A stretch of 64,000 bases of DNA from an uncultured Phycisphaerales bacterium (lineage in GTDB: Bacteria; Planctomycetota; Phycisphaerae; Tepidisphaerales; Tepidisphaeraceae): assembly GCA_963758525.1 (NCBI GenBank), contig CAVWVQ010000003.1, positions 1,088,001-1,152,000 on the forward strand, written 5' to 3'. A program made the translations under genes and the position numbers. This document shows positions 1-8,837 of the stretch, in pieces. How positions within the stretch are numbered: position 1 is the stretch's first letter; the number at the start of each line of letters is the position of its first letter. A model generated the notes under the pieces. It was not told the origin of the DNA. It did no database searches and saw only the letters and a program-made list of their open reading frames with translations.

Positions 1-1839
1 CAAATTTACAAGGCAGATACAAACGCCTTTGATTTTTCCCAGATCTGCTTTGATGGGAAATATGTCTGGGCGCCGGTCGTTCAAGCTGATCCATCGGTTC
101 TCATTATCGATCCCCTAGCGGGGAAAGTGGTTGCGAAGTTGACCGCGGCTAACGGAGTCCCCGCGATGAACATACGCGCGGTCGCGGCAGCCATCTCGCC
201 CGGCCATGCCTGCCTGTCGGGGGGCTTCGGGCGCGGGTGGATCGCCTGGGCGTCATTCGATCCCACGAGCGGGCCGACGTTCAAAGTGTTTTGGGAAGCG
301 CGAGACGAAACCGGAAACGCCATGACGGATCCTCACTTCGCGTTCAGCCCATTGTATGCCGTGACGCTCGAGGGAAAGTCGTCGGATACCAATGGTGCGG
401 CGGTGCAGCGAGTGATTCTGGAAGGAGTTGCGAAGACAGGAATGCCCCTGCCGTTGATCATCGATCCCGTTTCCAGTTCGGTGACTGTTCTGTCCACTGG
501 CGGAGCGCCGTTCGGTCACCCCGCGACGGAGCTGTTTGCGGATGGGGACTCGCTTTATTGGATCGACCTTTCCCAGGGCTACAGCAGCGGGCGATTGGTG
601 CAGTGGGGCCTGCCGGATTTCAAGGCGCGAACGCTGGCACCGAGTGTTCCCGGTTGTGGTCCAATGGCCTTTTACGACGGCAAGCTCAATGTGGCAGGCG
701 GCCTGGGCCAGTGGATTACCTCGAGGAATCCCGCTGGCCCGTACGTCATCCTCGGTGGCGACATGCCGGGTCGGCTGGCCTTCCGCCGTATTTGCATCAG
801 CAATTTCTACGGCCTGCTCCTGATCCCCGATGAGCGACAGCATGATCTAGGCGTTTACGCCGTACAGCTTCCCCCCGACGTGTTGATGAAACATTCGGCT
901 GATCCAGAGGAGACCGCACGCCGCATGACAATGAGCGATGTGGCTGCGGCGCTGAAAGCTGCCGACGACCATTATGCGCAAGAACTTCAGCGTGCCAGGG
1001 AACTATTGATCACGCGTATGGCGCATGCAAAGGAATTTGCCCGTCGCCCGGGTCAGGCGGAAGCAATCGACAAGGCGTGCCAAGCCCTCATGCTGCTGAA
1101 GCCAGGACCGGAAATTGGTGAGCACCATGCGGAGACGTTACCGGCTGCGCCAGGGGCCGACTTCCTGAAGATGGGACTCGCCGATGCCTGCGAGGATGTG
1201 ATCTGCTTTGACGCGGACCTGGAGCTGGCGCACAAAAGGTGGATGGGCGCCGTGGCGCTGATGATCCAATCTCCCGGGACGATGATGGCAGACGATCTGG
1301 CAAGAGCCAGCGCGACGGGGGATCTTGCGCAAATATCGAAGATCAAGTCAATGCTTGAGCGTCTGGAAGAGGCGAAACGCGGTATTCCGACGACGTGGTA
1401 TCGAGAGGCCATCAAGGACCATGACCCCGGCAAACCGCCGGCGCGCTCAGCGCCGCTGGCCCAGGTCATTCACGATGTGCATCTAAGCTCCGCCCGCGTG
1501 GGCGGAGGACTTAACTTCCCGTTCGAGGTTCGGACGCTGATCGCTCCTTTCCGAAGCGGTGAAGCAATGGCGTCGGGGACCATCGAGCAAATCTTTCAGG
1601 GAGACGAAATGGTCTATGCCGCGATGGATCTCCCCGCGGGAAACCGCGGTCAAGTTGGAGACGAGCGCTTCATCGGAGCGGCCACGTATAAGAATATGCT
1701 GTCAGCCGGCTCAGGCGGGCTCTGGCATTTTTCAAAGCCGGGTCAATACACGTTGAAGCTAATCGTGATCAATGGTGACGGATGGAATGATGTTCTCGAC
1801 GCATACGAGGAACCATTTACGGTTGGCCCCGCCTCGTAA
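1..1839 (+). CDS. Hypothetical protein (5'-partial; repeat-like N-terminal part, helical middle, Ig-like C-terminus)
   Basis: Frame is open from base 1 (QIYKADTNAFDFSQICFDGKYVW...) into ORF 127..1839; no family recognised. Confidence 0.65.
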   Translation, partial: QIYKADTNAFDFSQICFDGKYVWAPVVQADPSVLIIDPLAGKVVAKLTAANGVPAMNIRAVAAAISPGHACLSGGFGRGWIAWASFDPTSGPTFKVFWEARDETGNAMTDPHFAFSPLYAVTLEGKSSDTNGAAVQRVILEGVAKTGMPLPLIIDPVSSSVTVLSTGGAPFGHPATELFADGDSLYWIDLSQGYSSGRLVQWGLPDFKARTLAPSVPGCGPMAFYDGKLNVAGGLGQWITSRNPAGPYVILGGDMPGRLAFRRICISNFYGLLLIPDERQHDLGVYAVQLPPDVLMKHSADPEETARRMTMSDVAAALKAADDHYAQELQRARELLITRMAHAKEFARRPGQAEAIDKACQALMLLKPGPEIGEHHAETLPAAPGADFLKMGLADACEDVICFDADLELAHKRWMGAVALMIQSPGTMMADDLARASATGDLAQISKIKSMLERLEEAKRGIPTTWYREAIKDHDPGKPPARSAPLAQVIHDVHLSSARVGGGLNFPFEVRTLIAPFRSGEAMASGTIEQIFQGDEMVYAAMDLPAGNRGQVGDERFIGAATYKNMLSAGSGGLWHFSKPGQYTLKLIVINGDGWNDVLDAYEEPFTVGPAS

Positions 1840-1917
1840 AATGTGGCGCGCCCCTGATAAATGCGCCTCGCAGGTGGCGTCGGTACGCTCAAACTGGAAT
1901 ATCTCGGAGAAATCTCG

Positions 1918-2655
1918 ATGTCACGTTTGGGAATGCTGGGCACGTTGGGAGTTCTGGTGCTGAGTGGCTTGGTCTGGCGATTAGCATTGGCAGCCGGAGC
2001 GGACATGGCGGATTCGCAGGACCCGTCGACGACCGGGCCGCAAAGTATCCCGGAGGCGCCCACGCATACTACGGCCGTCGCCCTCTCTTGCGGCCAAGTG
2101 GAAATCTTCTGGCAAAACAACGCGTCCAACGAGACAGAGTTCAAGCTGCAGCGGCAAGAGAAGACGGCAGAGTCTCGGGGTAGCTTATGCGACTGGATCG
2201 ATGTCGCGACGGTCAATGCCGGAACCACGGAATTCGTGGACAGCAGCGTCTCCGCTTCCACGAGGTACAACTATCGCGTCAAGGCCGCAAACGTCGCCGG
2301 TGACTCGTCAGCCGCTGGGGCTTCCGTGACAACCCCCGCCTCATCTTCTCGCGATCCGGCTGCGAGCGTTTCCATCATCGCTGGCGGTATTCAGGGGAAA
2401 TACGACGGACCCGACGGCCATCCGCAGAACAGCTATTTCGACTTCCACCGCGTCGGCGCCCTCGATACGGTGTTCACCGCGGGCGTCAAGTACGACGGCA
2501 GCATCGCCAAGCCGGTCATAGATTATTCCGGCTCGCTTCCGACCAATGTCACCTTCTGCCCGGGCGTCCAGGATGTGATAGTGCCGATCGTACCCGCCAA
2601 TGGAGCTCCGAGTTTCGGCGGCACCATCAACGCCACCTTGGACCTGCCCTATTAG
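1918..2655 (+). CDS. Secreted fibronectin type III domain protein with a partial Calx-beta-like C-terminus
   Basis: Signal-peptide-like N-terminus after GGAG RBS; FN3 signature WQNNASNETEFKLQR...FVDSSVSASTRYNYRVKAANVAGDS. Confidence 0.7.
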   Translation: MSRLGMLGTLGVLVLSGLVWRLALAAGADMADSQDPSTTGPQSIPEAPTHTTAVALSCGQVEIFWQNNASNETEFKLQRQEKTAESRGSLCDWIDVATVNAGTTEFVDSSVSASTRYNYRVKAANVAGDSSAAGASVTTPASSSRDPAASVSIIAGGIQGKYDGPDGHPQNSYFDFHRVGALDTVFTAGVKYDGSIAKPVIDYSGSLPTNVTFCPGVQDVIVPIVPANGAPSFGGTINATLDLPY

Positions 2656-3000
2656 CGGATGGCAGATCTTTGACGGAATCGGGTGTGCGATCTGTGGACG
2701 GCTTTGGGTCTACCGCCCGGCGACATGGGTATGACAAGGGGTTAGGTATGACCGGGGAGGTGTGACAAGCGGGTCATCATCAGCGCACCCGGTCCGGCCG
2801 ATCCTTGAACGGCGTAACGATGGCGCCGGGCGCATCGCCCAGTGGGTCGCCGAGCTGGCCGACGAAGGCGGCGATCAGCTCGTCCATCGTCGCGGGTTCC
2901 TGGAGCAGCTTTGCCTGATCGCGATGCCGCCTCGTAACAACGCTTTTCCTTAGCCGCCGATTGAGTACTACCGATAACGGTCGTATCGTTGATCGGAAAA

Positions 3001-3129
3001 ATGAAAGTGCATACGCGATTCGAATGGGACGAGGACAAGGCCGCGACGAATGCGTCGGTGCACAATGGAGCGCCCGGGCCGCCAATCGAAAGCAGACAAA
3101 AGAATATGCAACGTTCGCGTCACCTTTAG
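3001..3129 (+). pseudogene. Internally deleted BrnT-family toxin remnant
   Basis: MKVHTRFEWDEDKAATN (BrnT N-terminal motif) joined out of frame to SARAANRKQTKEY (BrnT C-terminal motif); TTGAGT-N17-TATCGT promoter at 2961-2989. Confidence 0.6.
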
Positions 3130-3139
3130 TTGTTCCCGT

Positions 3140-3406
3140 TCAAACAGTGCCGCCGGTATGGCGTCCCCTCAGCGCATGGTAAATCACCAGGCAAACCACT
3201 GCGCCGCAAACCGCAATCAAGATACTGTAGAGGTTGAAGCCGGTAACTCCGTTAAACCCGATGAATTGCGCGATGAATCCACCGATGATGGCGCCGATGA
3301 CTCCCAGGAGAATATCGCCGATGAATCCTTCGCCATGCTTGTTCACCAGCAAGCTGGCGATAAATCCCGCAATGAGACCCAGCACGATCCACGCTATGAC
3401 ACCCAT
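3140..3406 (-). CDS. GlsB/YeaQ/YmgE family (transglycosylase-associated) membrane protein
   Basis: 88 aa, MGVIAWIVLGLIAGFIASLLV...DILLGVIGAIIGGFI family pattern. Confidence 0.9.
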   Translation of the reverse strand: MGVIAWIVLGLIAGFIASLLVNKHGEGFIGDILLGVIGAIIGGFIAQFIGFNGVTGFNLYSILIAVCGAVVCLVIYHALRGRHTGGTV

Positions 3407-3672
3407 ATAGGCTCCCGTAAATTGACCAGTGAAACGAACAGCGACAGTCGCTGCACCGTCCGCTAAATCAGCAAAACCGGGGCCTTTTGTTCAGATTCTG
3501 GTTTTGCGTCTCTGGGAGTGAGATGTGGTTTTCGGAATGATGCAGCGGGCTCGGCTCCGGACATCGCCACTAAAGTGGCAATGCCGGCGGTCGGGGGGCG
3601 GACGAGGCGGTATAGCAGATTGAAAACCGCTTCAGGTGCGAATCTCTTTCTGTGCCTGAGCCCGTGCGGTCT

Positions 3673-4410
3673 CTACCGCGGTGGTCTTTGGGTGGGGTAT
3701 TGCGTTGGCAGGAATTCCGCTTTCGGCCCGTGGTGCTTGCAGGCCAGGCACTCCATCTGTTCCTCGGGAGCGGATGTAAAGCAGATCAGCGCCACAAAGC
3801 TCTTCCAGATTTGCGGAACGGGGATGACACGCCAGGCGTGGCATTGCGGGCAGCGGAAGTCCTCTGCGTCGGCCTCGTCTTCGGCCGCGTCGAGCAGCCG
3901 CCGGGCCTTGTCCAGATCATCTTCGCACACCCGCAGGATGAACCGCTTCCCCTGCCCCGGCGGTCGATCGCCACGTGGCGCCATGATCGGCAAATGCGAT
4001 GATACATGCCCGGCAGCCAGGATCGTCTGCGCATCTCGCAGCAGCCTGACGCTCTCGAATGCCGCCACCGGCGCCAGTGTGACGGAATGACCCTCATCGT
4101 CGGTCACAGGCACTGCATTGGCGTCATCCACCGGCTCAAGGTCGTCTGAGGTTGCCAGCGCCAAGACTGCCGTCGCCCGTTCGACGTCGTCGGGATGCAC
4201 ATGAATTTCCACCCTCGAGAACCCGCTGTATGGCATCCCCAGCGAGTTTACATTTCCATTGAGAACCGTCGTGCGAATCCCCTCCGCGCCCAGCTCCGCC
4301 GCCTGCAGCTCCGCCTCCGAGGCATTCCCGAAGCTCGCCAGCCGCACCATCGCATTGTCCATCGGCATGGCGTACGACAATAGTGGCGGGATTTGGTCGC
4401 GTTCGGCCAT
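3673..4410 (-). CDS. DUF2007-like (putative signal transducing) protein with C-terminal CxxC zinc-ribbon motifs
   Basis: LASFGNASEAELQAAELGAEGI...VEIHVHPDDVERA with a second similar unit; CPQC and CLAC motifs. ATG 4410 chosen instead of the overlapping 4857 start. Confidence 0.65.
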   Translation of the reverse strand: MAERDQIPPLLSYAMPMDNAMVRLASFGNASEAELQAAELGAEGIRTTVLNGNVNSLGMPYSGFSRVEIHVHPDDVERATAVLALATSDDLEPVDDANAVPVTDDEGHSVTLAPVAAFESVRLLRDAQTILAAGHVSSHLPIMAPRGDRPPGQGKRFILRVCEDDLDKARRLLDAAEDEADAEDFRCPQCHAWRVIPVPQIWKSFVALICFTSAPEEQMECLACKHHGPKAEFLPTQYPTQRPPR

Positions 4411-4439
4411 CGGAAGGATGATAGTTCGTCGCGGAGTTT

Positions 4440-5243
4440 TCACCACACCTGCCGTTGGCTGAAGTTGGGAACCGCTGCGTCCAATCGCCGGGCCAGGGCG
4501 GGGAGGTGGGGAGTTGGAACGGCTGGGAACAGGTGATGCTCCAGATGGAAAAACATGCTGTAGCTCACCACGTTTTTCATCCATCCGCGCTGGGTGCGGG
4601 CGATGTGGTGGTGCTCCTCGCAGCCATGATGGACGGTCCAGACGGCGAAGAAAGCGGTGAAACTTTCGCCGACGATCATCGCGGCCAGATGCCACTTGAG
4701 AGCGGGGATATCGAAGATGAAGATCACGGCGATGAACCATGCCGTCATGAGAATGAGTTCGGCCGCGATCCAGCGGCGTTTTGCCGCGGCGCCTTGGCGG
4801 ATGGCGGCGAGCACCAGCCGGCAGGGGAAGAGCGGCCCGCAGAGCAGAACGCGCCACCAGCGCTCTTCCGCATGTGCCGCTTCCACGTCATCGGTGGCCA
4901 GGCAATGGCGGTGGTGAACCAGGTGCGTGACCTGCACTGCGTGCATGCTCATCATCATCAGCACGCTCAGCACGAGCAACACAATATCCTGCGCCCTGCG
5001 GCCGATGCCCAGGCAATAGTGCTGGGCGTTATGGCTCTGCCGAAGTCCGGTCAGAAAGAAAAAGAACGTGCAGCCGGCTCCGACTGCGAGCCAGCATCCG
5101 CCGCGGGCGTAGCAAGCGAGACTGGCGAGGAGCCAGGGCGCGCTGAGGCTTAATTCCCAGACTCTTTCCCAAATATTCAGAGGGACAAGATCGCGCCACT
5201 GCACGGTTCGAAGAGGATCGTTTCCTGCCAGTCGCTCATTCAT
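4440..5243 (-). CDS. Fatty acid desaturase family membrane protein
   Basis: Three His boxes (HNAQH, HLVHH, HLEHH) and transmembrane segments. Confidence 0.85.
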   Translation of the reverse strand: MNERLAGNDPLRTVQWRDLVPLNIWERVWELSLSAPWLLASLACYARGGCWLAVGAGCTFFFFLTGLRQSHNAQHYCLGIGRRAQDIVLLVLSVLMMMSMHAVQVTHLVHHRHCLATDDVEAAHAEERWWRVLLCGPLFPCRLVLAAIRQGAAAKRRWIAAELILMTAWFIAVIFIFDIPALKWHLAAMIVGESFTAFFAVWTVHHGCEEHHHIARTQRGWMKNVVSYSMFFHLEHHLFPAVPTPHLPALARRLDAAVPNFSQRQVW

Positions 5244-5586
5244 CGTGCTCCCTTGCAAGATGAAGAGCATCTTGGCGCTGCTCCCCTGCAGCGACAAGAA
5301 GAAGCGAGGGACAATCGCCTGCCTCACAAATGTTTCATTAGTCGCGAAACCGCGCTGCGGAGTAAGGGCACTGCTTCCGCCGAAGCGGCTTTATTTTGCT
5401 GTGCACGTCCAACGTCGCGCACGCGAAGAGGGACACTTCGTACGGGTGTCCGTCTTTGCGTTCCCCGGAGATGCCGCTGCTGCTGGCATCAGAGGCGGGA
5501 TGTTAATGGCAGGAATTTGGCCATGCCATGCCGGGTCCTGAGCGGAAGCATTGAGATGGTTGCGGGTATAATCAGACCATGATCAG

Positions 5587-5670
5587 AAGCTGTTAAGGTG
5601 ACATCCACGAATGGCATTGCCTTAGCCCATTAAAGGCTGTTTTCGCAAAAGCTGTTAAGGTGACATCCAC
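5587..5670. repeat. 22-bp direct repeat AAGCTGTTAAGGTGACATCCAC x2
   Basis: Identical copies at 5587-5608 and 5649-5670, just beyond the 3' end of a RAYT remnant. Confidence 0.9.
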
Positions 5671-5690
5671 CGTTTTTATTTACCATTTGC

Positions 5691-5798
5691 CTACGTCTTC
5701 GGCCTGCCTCTCGGATTCAGAGTGTACTGCAGCCCCATCCGGCCGGCCATTTTCAGGGTCCAGGGATCGGCGCCGAGCGGCCGGCCGCGCTCGAAGCT
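5691..5798 (-). pseudogene. C-terminal remnant of a second RAYT-type transposase
   Basis: Translates SFERGRPLGADPWTLKMAGRMGLQYTLNPRGRPKT*, aligning by eye with the intact gene's SEQRGRPLGNAAWIAKTVAELGLVHTVRREGRPAK. Confidence 0.75.
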
Positions 5799-5984
5799 GG
5801 GGGAGTGATACGGGGGGAGTGATACGGGGACGCAGCTAGTTTTTATTGACCTGGGATTGGGGTCGGGTTAGCCTTCTGCCGATGCCGCGTCGCCCCCGGC
5901 GGTCTGGTCTACCACGGGGGGAGTGATACGGGGACGCAGCTAGTTTTTATTGACTGGGATTGGGGTCGGGTTAGCCTTCTGCCG
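5799..5984 (+). repeat. Tandem duplication of the RAYT upstream region and first codons
   Basis: GGGGAGTGATACGGGG x3; the block GGGGACGCAGCTAGTTTTTATTGAC...GATGCC...GGTCTGGTCTAYCACG occurs twice. Confidence 0.9.
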
Positions 5985-6680
5985 ATGCCCCGTCGTCCCC
6001 GCGTCGCCCCCGGCGGTCTGGTCTATCACGTGCTCAATCGTGCCGTGGGACAGATCGTGATGTTCCGCCGGGACGCTGATTTCGAGGCCTTCGAGCGGAT
6101 CATGCAGGAGGCGCAGGAACTGCATCCGATCCGCATTCTTTCCTATTGCCTGATGTCCAACCATTGGCACTTTGTCGTCTGGCCGGAGCGGGACGGGCAG
6201 GTGACGGCCTTTTTCCGCTGGCTGACCCACACCCACGCGCTGCGCTGGCGGGTATCGCATCACACGGTTGGTTACGGGCATCTCTATCAGGGCCGATTCA
6301 AAAGTTTTCCGGTTGCGCGCGATGGGCATCTGCTGAGCGTCTGCCGATACGTGGAACGCAATGCCCTGAAAGCACAGTTGGTGGAGGGGGCGGAGCAATG
6401 GCGGTGGTCGAGTCTTTGGGTCAAGCAGCACGGAACCAAACAGCAGAAGTCGCTTTTGTCTCCTTGGCCGGTGGAGCGTGGACGGAAGTGGACCGAGTTG
6501 GTAAACCGCGACTTAGGCGAAGCCGAGCTGAAGGCGATCGAGGCCAGCGAGCAGCGCGGCCGGCCGCTGGGCAACGCGGCGTGGATCGCCAAGACCGTCG
6601 CCGAACTCGGGTTGGTCCATACCGTTCGTCGCGAAGGGCGGCCGGCAAAGGTTCAGGAAGGCGTGAAGCGTGAACGGTGA
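5985..6680 (+). mobile_element. REP-associated tyrosine transposase (RAYT, Y1/HUH family)
   Basis: MPRRPR...YHVLNRA...YCLMSNHWH...GHLYQGRFKS...CRYVERNA...WRWSS; HUH motif HWH and catalytic Tyr motif present. Confidence 0.92.
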
Positions 6681-6738
6681 AGGAATATTATCTAGCTGCG
6701 TCTACCCGGTATCACTTCCTAGCCGAGCGCCGAGCGGA

Positions 6739-6767
6739 TTGACAGATCAATAGTTTCGATATATAGT
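6739..6767 (+). promoter_or_regulatory. Sigma70-type promoter, probably for a leaderless transcript
   Basis: TTGACA-N17-TATAGT, with ATG 7 nt after the -10 box. Confidence 0.7.
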
Positions 6768-6774
6768 GTAAATC

Positions 6775-7107
6775 ATGACCTTTTCGTGGGACGACGTGAA
6801 CCGCGATCATGTCGCGCGGCACGCCGTGAGTCCAGCGGAGGCAGAGGATGTGGTCAGTGGTGCAGAGGCTCCGTTCCCGCAAACTATCGAGGACGACAAG
6901 TTTGTGGTGTGGGGAGCGACCGAGTCGGGCCGGTACCTTCAGGTAATTTACGTGCTCAAGATGCCGGCTGAGGTGACGTATGAGAGCCTCGCCGTGGAAG
7001 ACTGGATGGACGTCGAGGCAGGCGAGGTCACGCAGGTGATTCGGGTGATCCATGCAATGGATATGACGGCGTCGATGAAGCATCGGCTCCGCAAACGCCG
7101 GAGGTAG
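6775..7107 (+). CDS. BrnT-like toxin
   Basis: FSWDDVNRDHVARHAVSPAEAEDVV...GATESGRYLQVIY...IRVIHAMDMT pattern. Confidence 0.7.
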   Translation: MTFSWDDVNRDHVARHAVSPAEAEDVVSGAEAPFPQTIEDDKFVVWGATESGRYLQVIYVLKMPAEVTYESLAVEDWMDVEAGEVTQVIRVIHAMDMTASMKHRLRKRRR

Positions 7108-7403
7108 TGATGAAAGCGAAGCAGGCCCGGACCAACGAAAACGATTTTGCGGCGATGGACCGGTTGGCCCGCAGCATCACCCCCAACAAGCTGCGTCCGC
7201 TGACCGCCCAACAGCGGGGACGCTGGGAGGCGGCCAAGCGCGGCCGTCCGAAAAAGCCCCCAGGCACCAAGGCCGTGCCGACGCTCATTACCGTCGAACC
7301 TCAACTGCTGCGACGTGCCGACGCCTATGCGAAAAAAGCCGGCCTCAGCCGATCACAGCTCTTTTCCGACGCCCTGCGCCATCGAATCAGCGTCGCAGAA
7401 TGA
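7107..7403 (+). CDS. Putative antitoxin with C-terminal ribbon-helix-helix
   Basis: Coupled to the toxin stop; RGRPKK then ITVEPQLLRRADAYAKKAGLSRSQLFSDAL. Confidence 0.7.
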   Translation: MMKAKQARTNENDFAAMDRLARSITPNKLRPLTAQQRGRWEAAKRGRPKKPPGTKAVPTLITVEPQLLRRADAYAKKAGLSRSQLFSDALRHRISVAE

Positions 7404-7445
7404 AGATCCGGCGAAAAGGCTCGTCTTGCGCTACTTGAATCAGCG

Positions 7446-8113
7446 TCAAATCCTCAATTCCTTTGCGCTCGCGTCGCCCGCGTGCGATACACAGAGCAGT
7501 CGACCAGCGGGCCCGGGACTGATGATCAGGGTTGCACCGCGTCGCCACTCTCGGGCGAACCAGTCGTGCACGTGACCTTGAACGACGGCAATGGGCTGTA
7601 GCTCCTCAACAAGCCGTGCGACGCAGTCGTACGTCCAGGATACGGGCACATCACCGCAGGGAAGCTCCGGCAGTTTCGGCGGATAGTGGGTCAGTAAAAT
7701 GAGCTTGTCCTGTGCCAGGAGCTGGCGAGAGGCTTGTCGGGCCAGCGCACGACACTGTGGCTCCAGGTCACTCTCGCCTGGGAGGTCATAGTAGCGTTTC
7801 GGCGCAAAGCCGATGCCGGCGATCCAGAGGCCGGGGCCGAGTCGGCACAAGCGCCGGTCAGATCCTGGGCCGCGCGGAAGAACCCGCCGGGATCGAGATA
7901 GTCGTGATTTCCCCTGACGGCGAATACCGGAACCCCCGCCGATGCCGCCCAGTGCCGCGCTGCCGGATCGTCATCGTCCTCGATCAGCGTCGGCGCGTCA
8001 TAGACATCGCCCGCGTGCAGCACAGCAGCGATGCCTGGCTCGCCCCATCGCGGAAGCGATGAGCCGTGAGTATCGGAACAGCAGCCAAGCATGATTTCAT
8101 GGTCATTGCTCAC
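7446..8113 (-). CDS. Calcineurin-like metallophosphoesterase (frameshift near 7850)
   Basis: Motifs SDTHG, HAGD, RGNHD in ORF 7691..8113 and THYPP, GHVH in ORF 7446..7850; GGAGG RBS. Confidence 0.85.
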
Positions 8114-8184
8114 TGTTTTCCCTCCGCCGAACGGCCATTCTTGCGGGATCGTGTGTACGAGGGGCCAACGTGCGAACAGTAAGG

Positions 8185-8775
8185 CTATTTGCCTCTTCCG
8201 CGCCTGCGCCGGTCGAACACTTTCCAGACTTCATAGGCCATGGCACCGATTCCGCCGACGGCAAAGCCGCTGGCGAAGGTGTTCCTCTTCGACAACGCCT
8301 CCTTTTCGTCGAGCAGGCGCAGCGCCTCCTCGGCGACCTCCCGTCGGTGCTGCAAACGGCGCATTTCGCTTTCGTGGGCCTCGTTGGCTTTCAGCCATTT
8401 CGGATCACGATATTGCCGCCTGACCAGCCGATCCAGTTCCGCATCAGTCGATTGGCTGTACCCGTCGAGGATCCAGTCTTCCCAGTTTGCGCCTTCGATC
8501 AATCGCCAGCTCATGTCGGCATACTCAAAGACCCCGATCCGGCTTCCGCACTGCAGGATCTCATCGTCGCCGCGCAATTCCACGGCTCGGTCCCACAACT
8601 GATTGATGGCGTCCTCCGGACTGTCGCCCTGACGGCGCAACTTGTAGTTGCCTTTCTTTTTCAGAATGACAATGGACGATTCGAGGCAATATCCGCCATC
8701 GACTTCGACGACAGTCGCACCGGGGTCAAGTTGCTGAATGTAAAGACGCTTTTGGGTCGAATTGAAGTTGCTCAT
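8185..8775 (-). CDS. Hypothetical protein with coiled coil and C-terminal hydrophobic anchor
   Basis: GGAGG RBS; charged helical stretch followed by FASGFAVGGIGAMAYEVWKV and a basic tail. Confidence 0.65.
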   Translation of the reverse strand: MSNFNSTQKRLYIQQLDPGATVVEVDGGYCLESSIVILKKKGNYKLRRQGDSPEDAINQLWDRAVELRGDDEILQCGSRIGVFEYADMSWRLIEGANWEDWILDGYSQSTDAELDRLVRRQYRDPKWLKANEAHESEMRRLQHRREVAEEALRLLDEKEALSKRNTFASGFAVGGIGAMAYEVWKVFDRRRRGRGK

Positions 8776-8837
8776 CAGGTCCTCCAGGAGATGCAGATCT
8801 TTTTTCGATGCTGTCCGAGGCTTTCAAGACATTACGG

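Noticed and set aside
2780..2950. Possible PIN/DUF5615-like toxin C-terminal remnant (GAIVTPFKDRPDRVR)
   Set aside because: Similarity is too weak to support without a search.
5430..5452. Third WYL operator (GGACAC...GTGTCC)
   Set aside because: Half-site spacing is 11 rather than 5 nt, and it lies outside the island.
5587..5670. Mini CRISPR (22-bp repeat with 40-bp spacer)
   Set aside because: Only two copies, no cas genes; better explained as duplication at a RAYT end.
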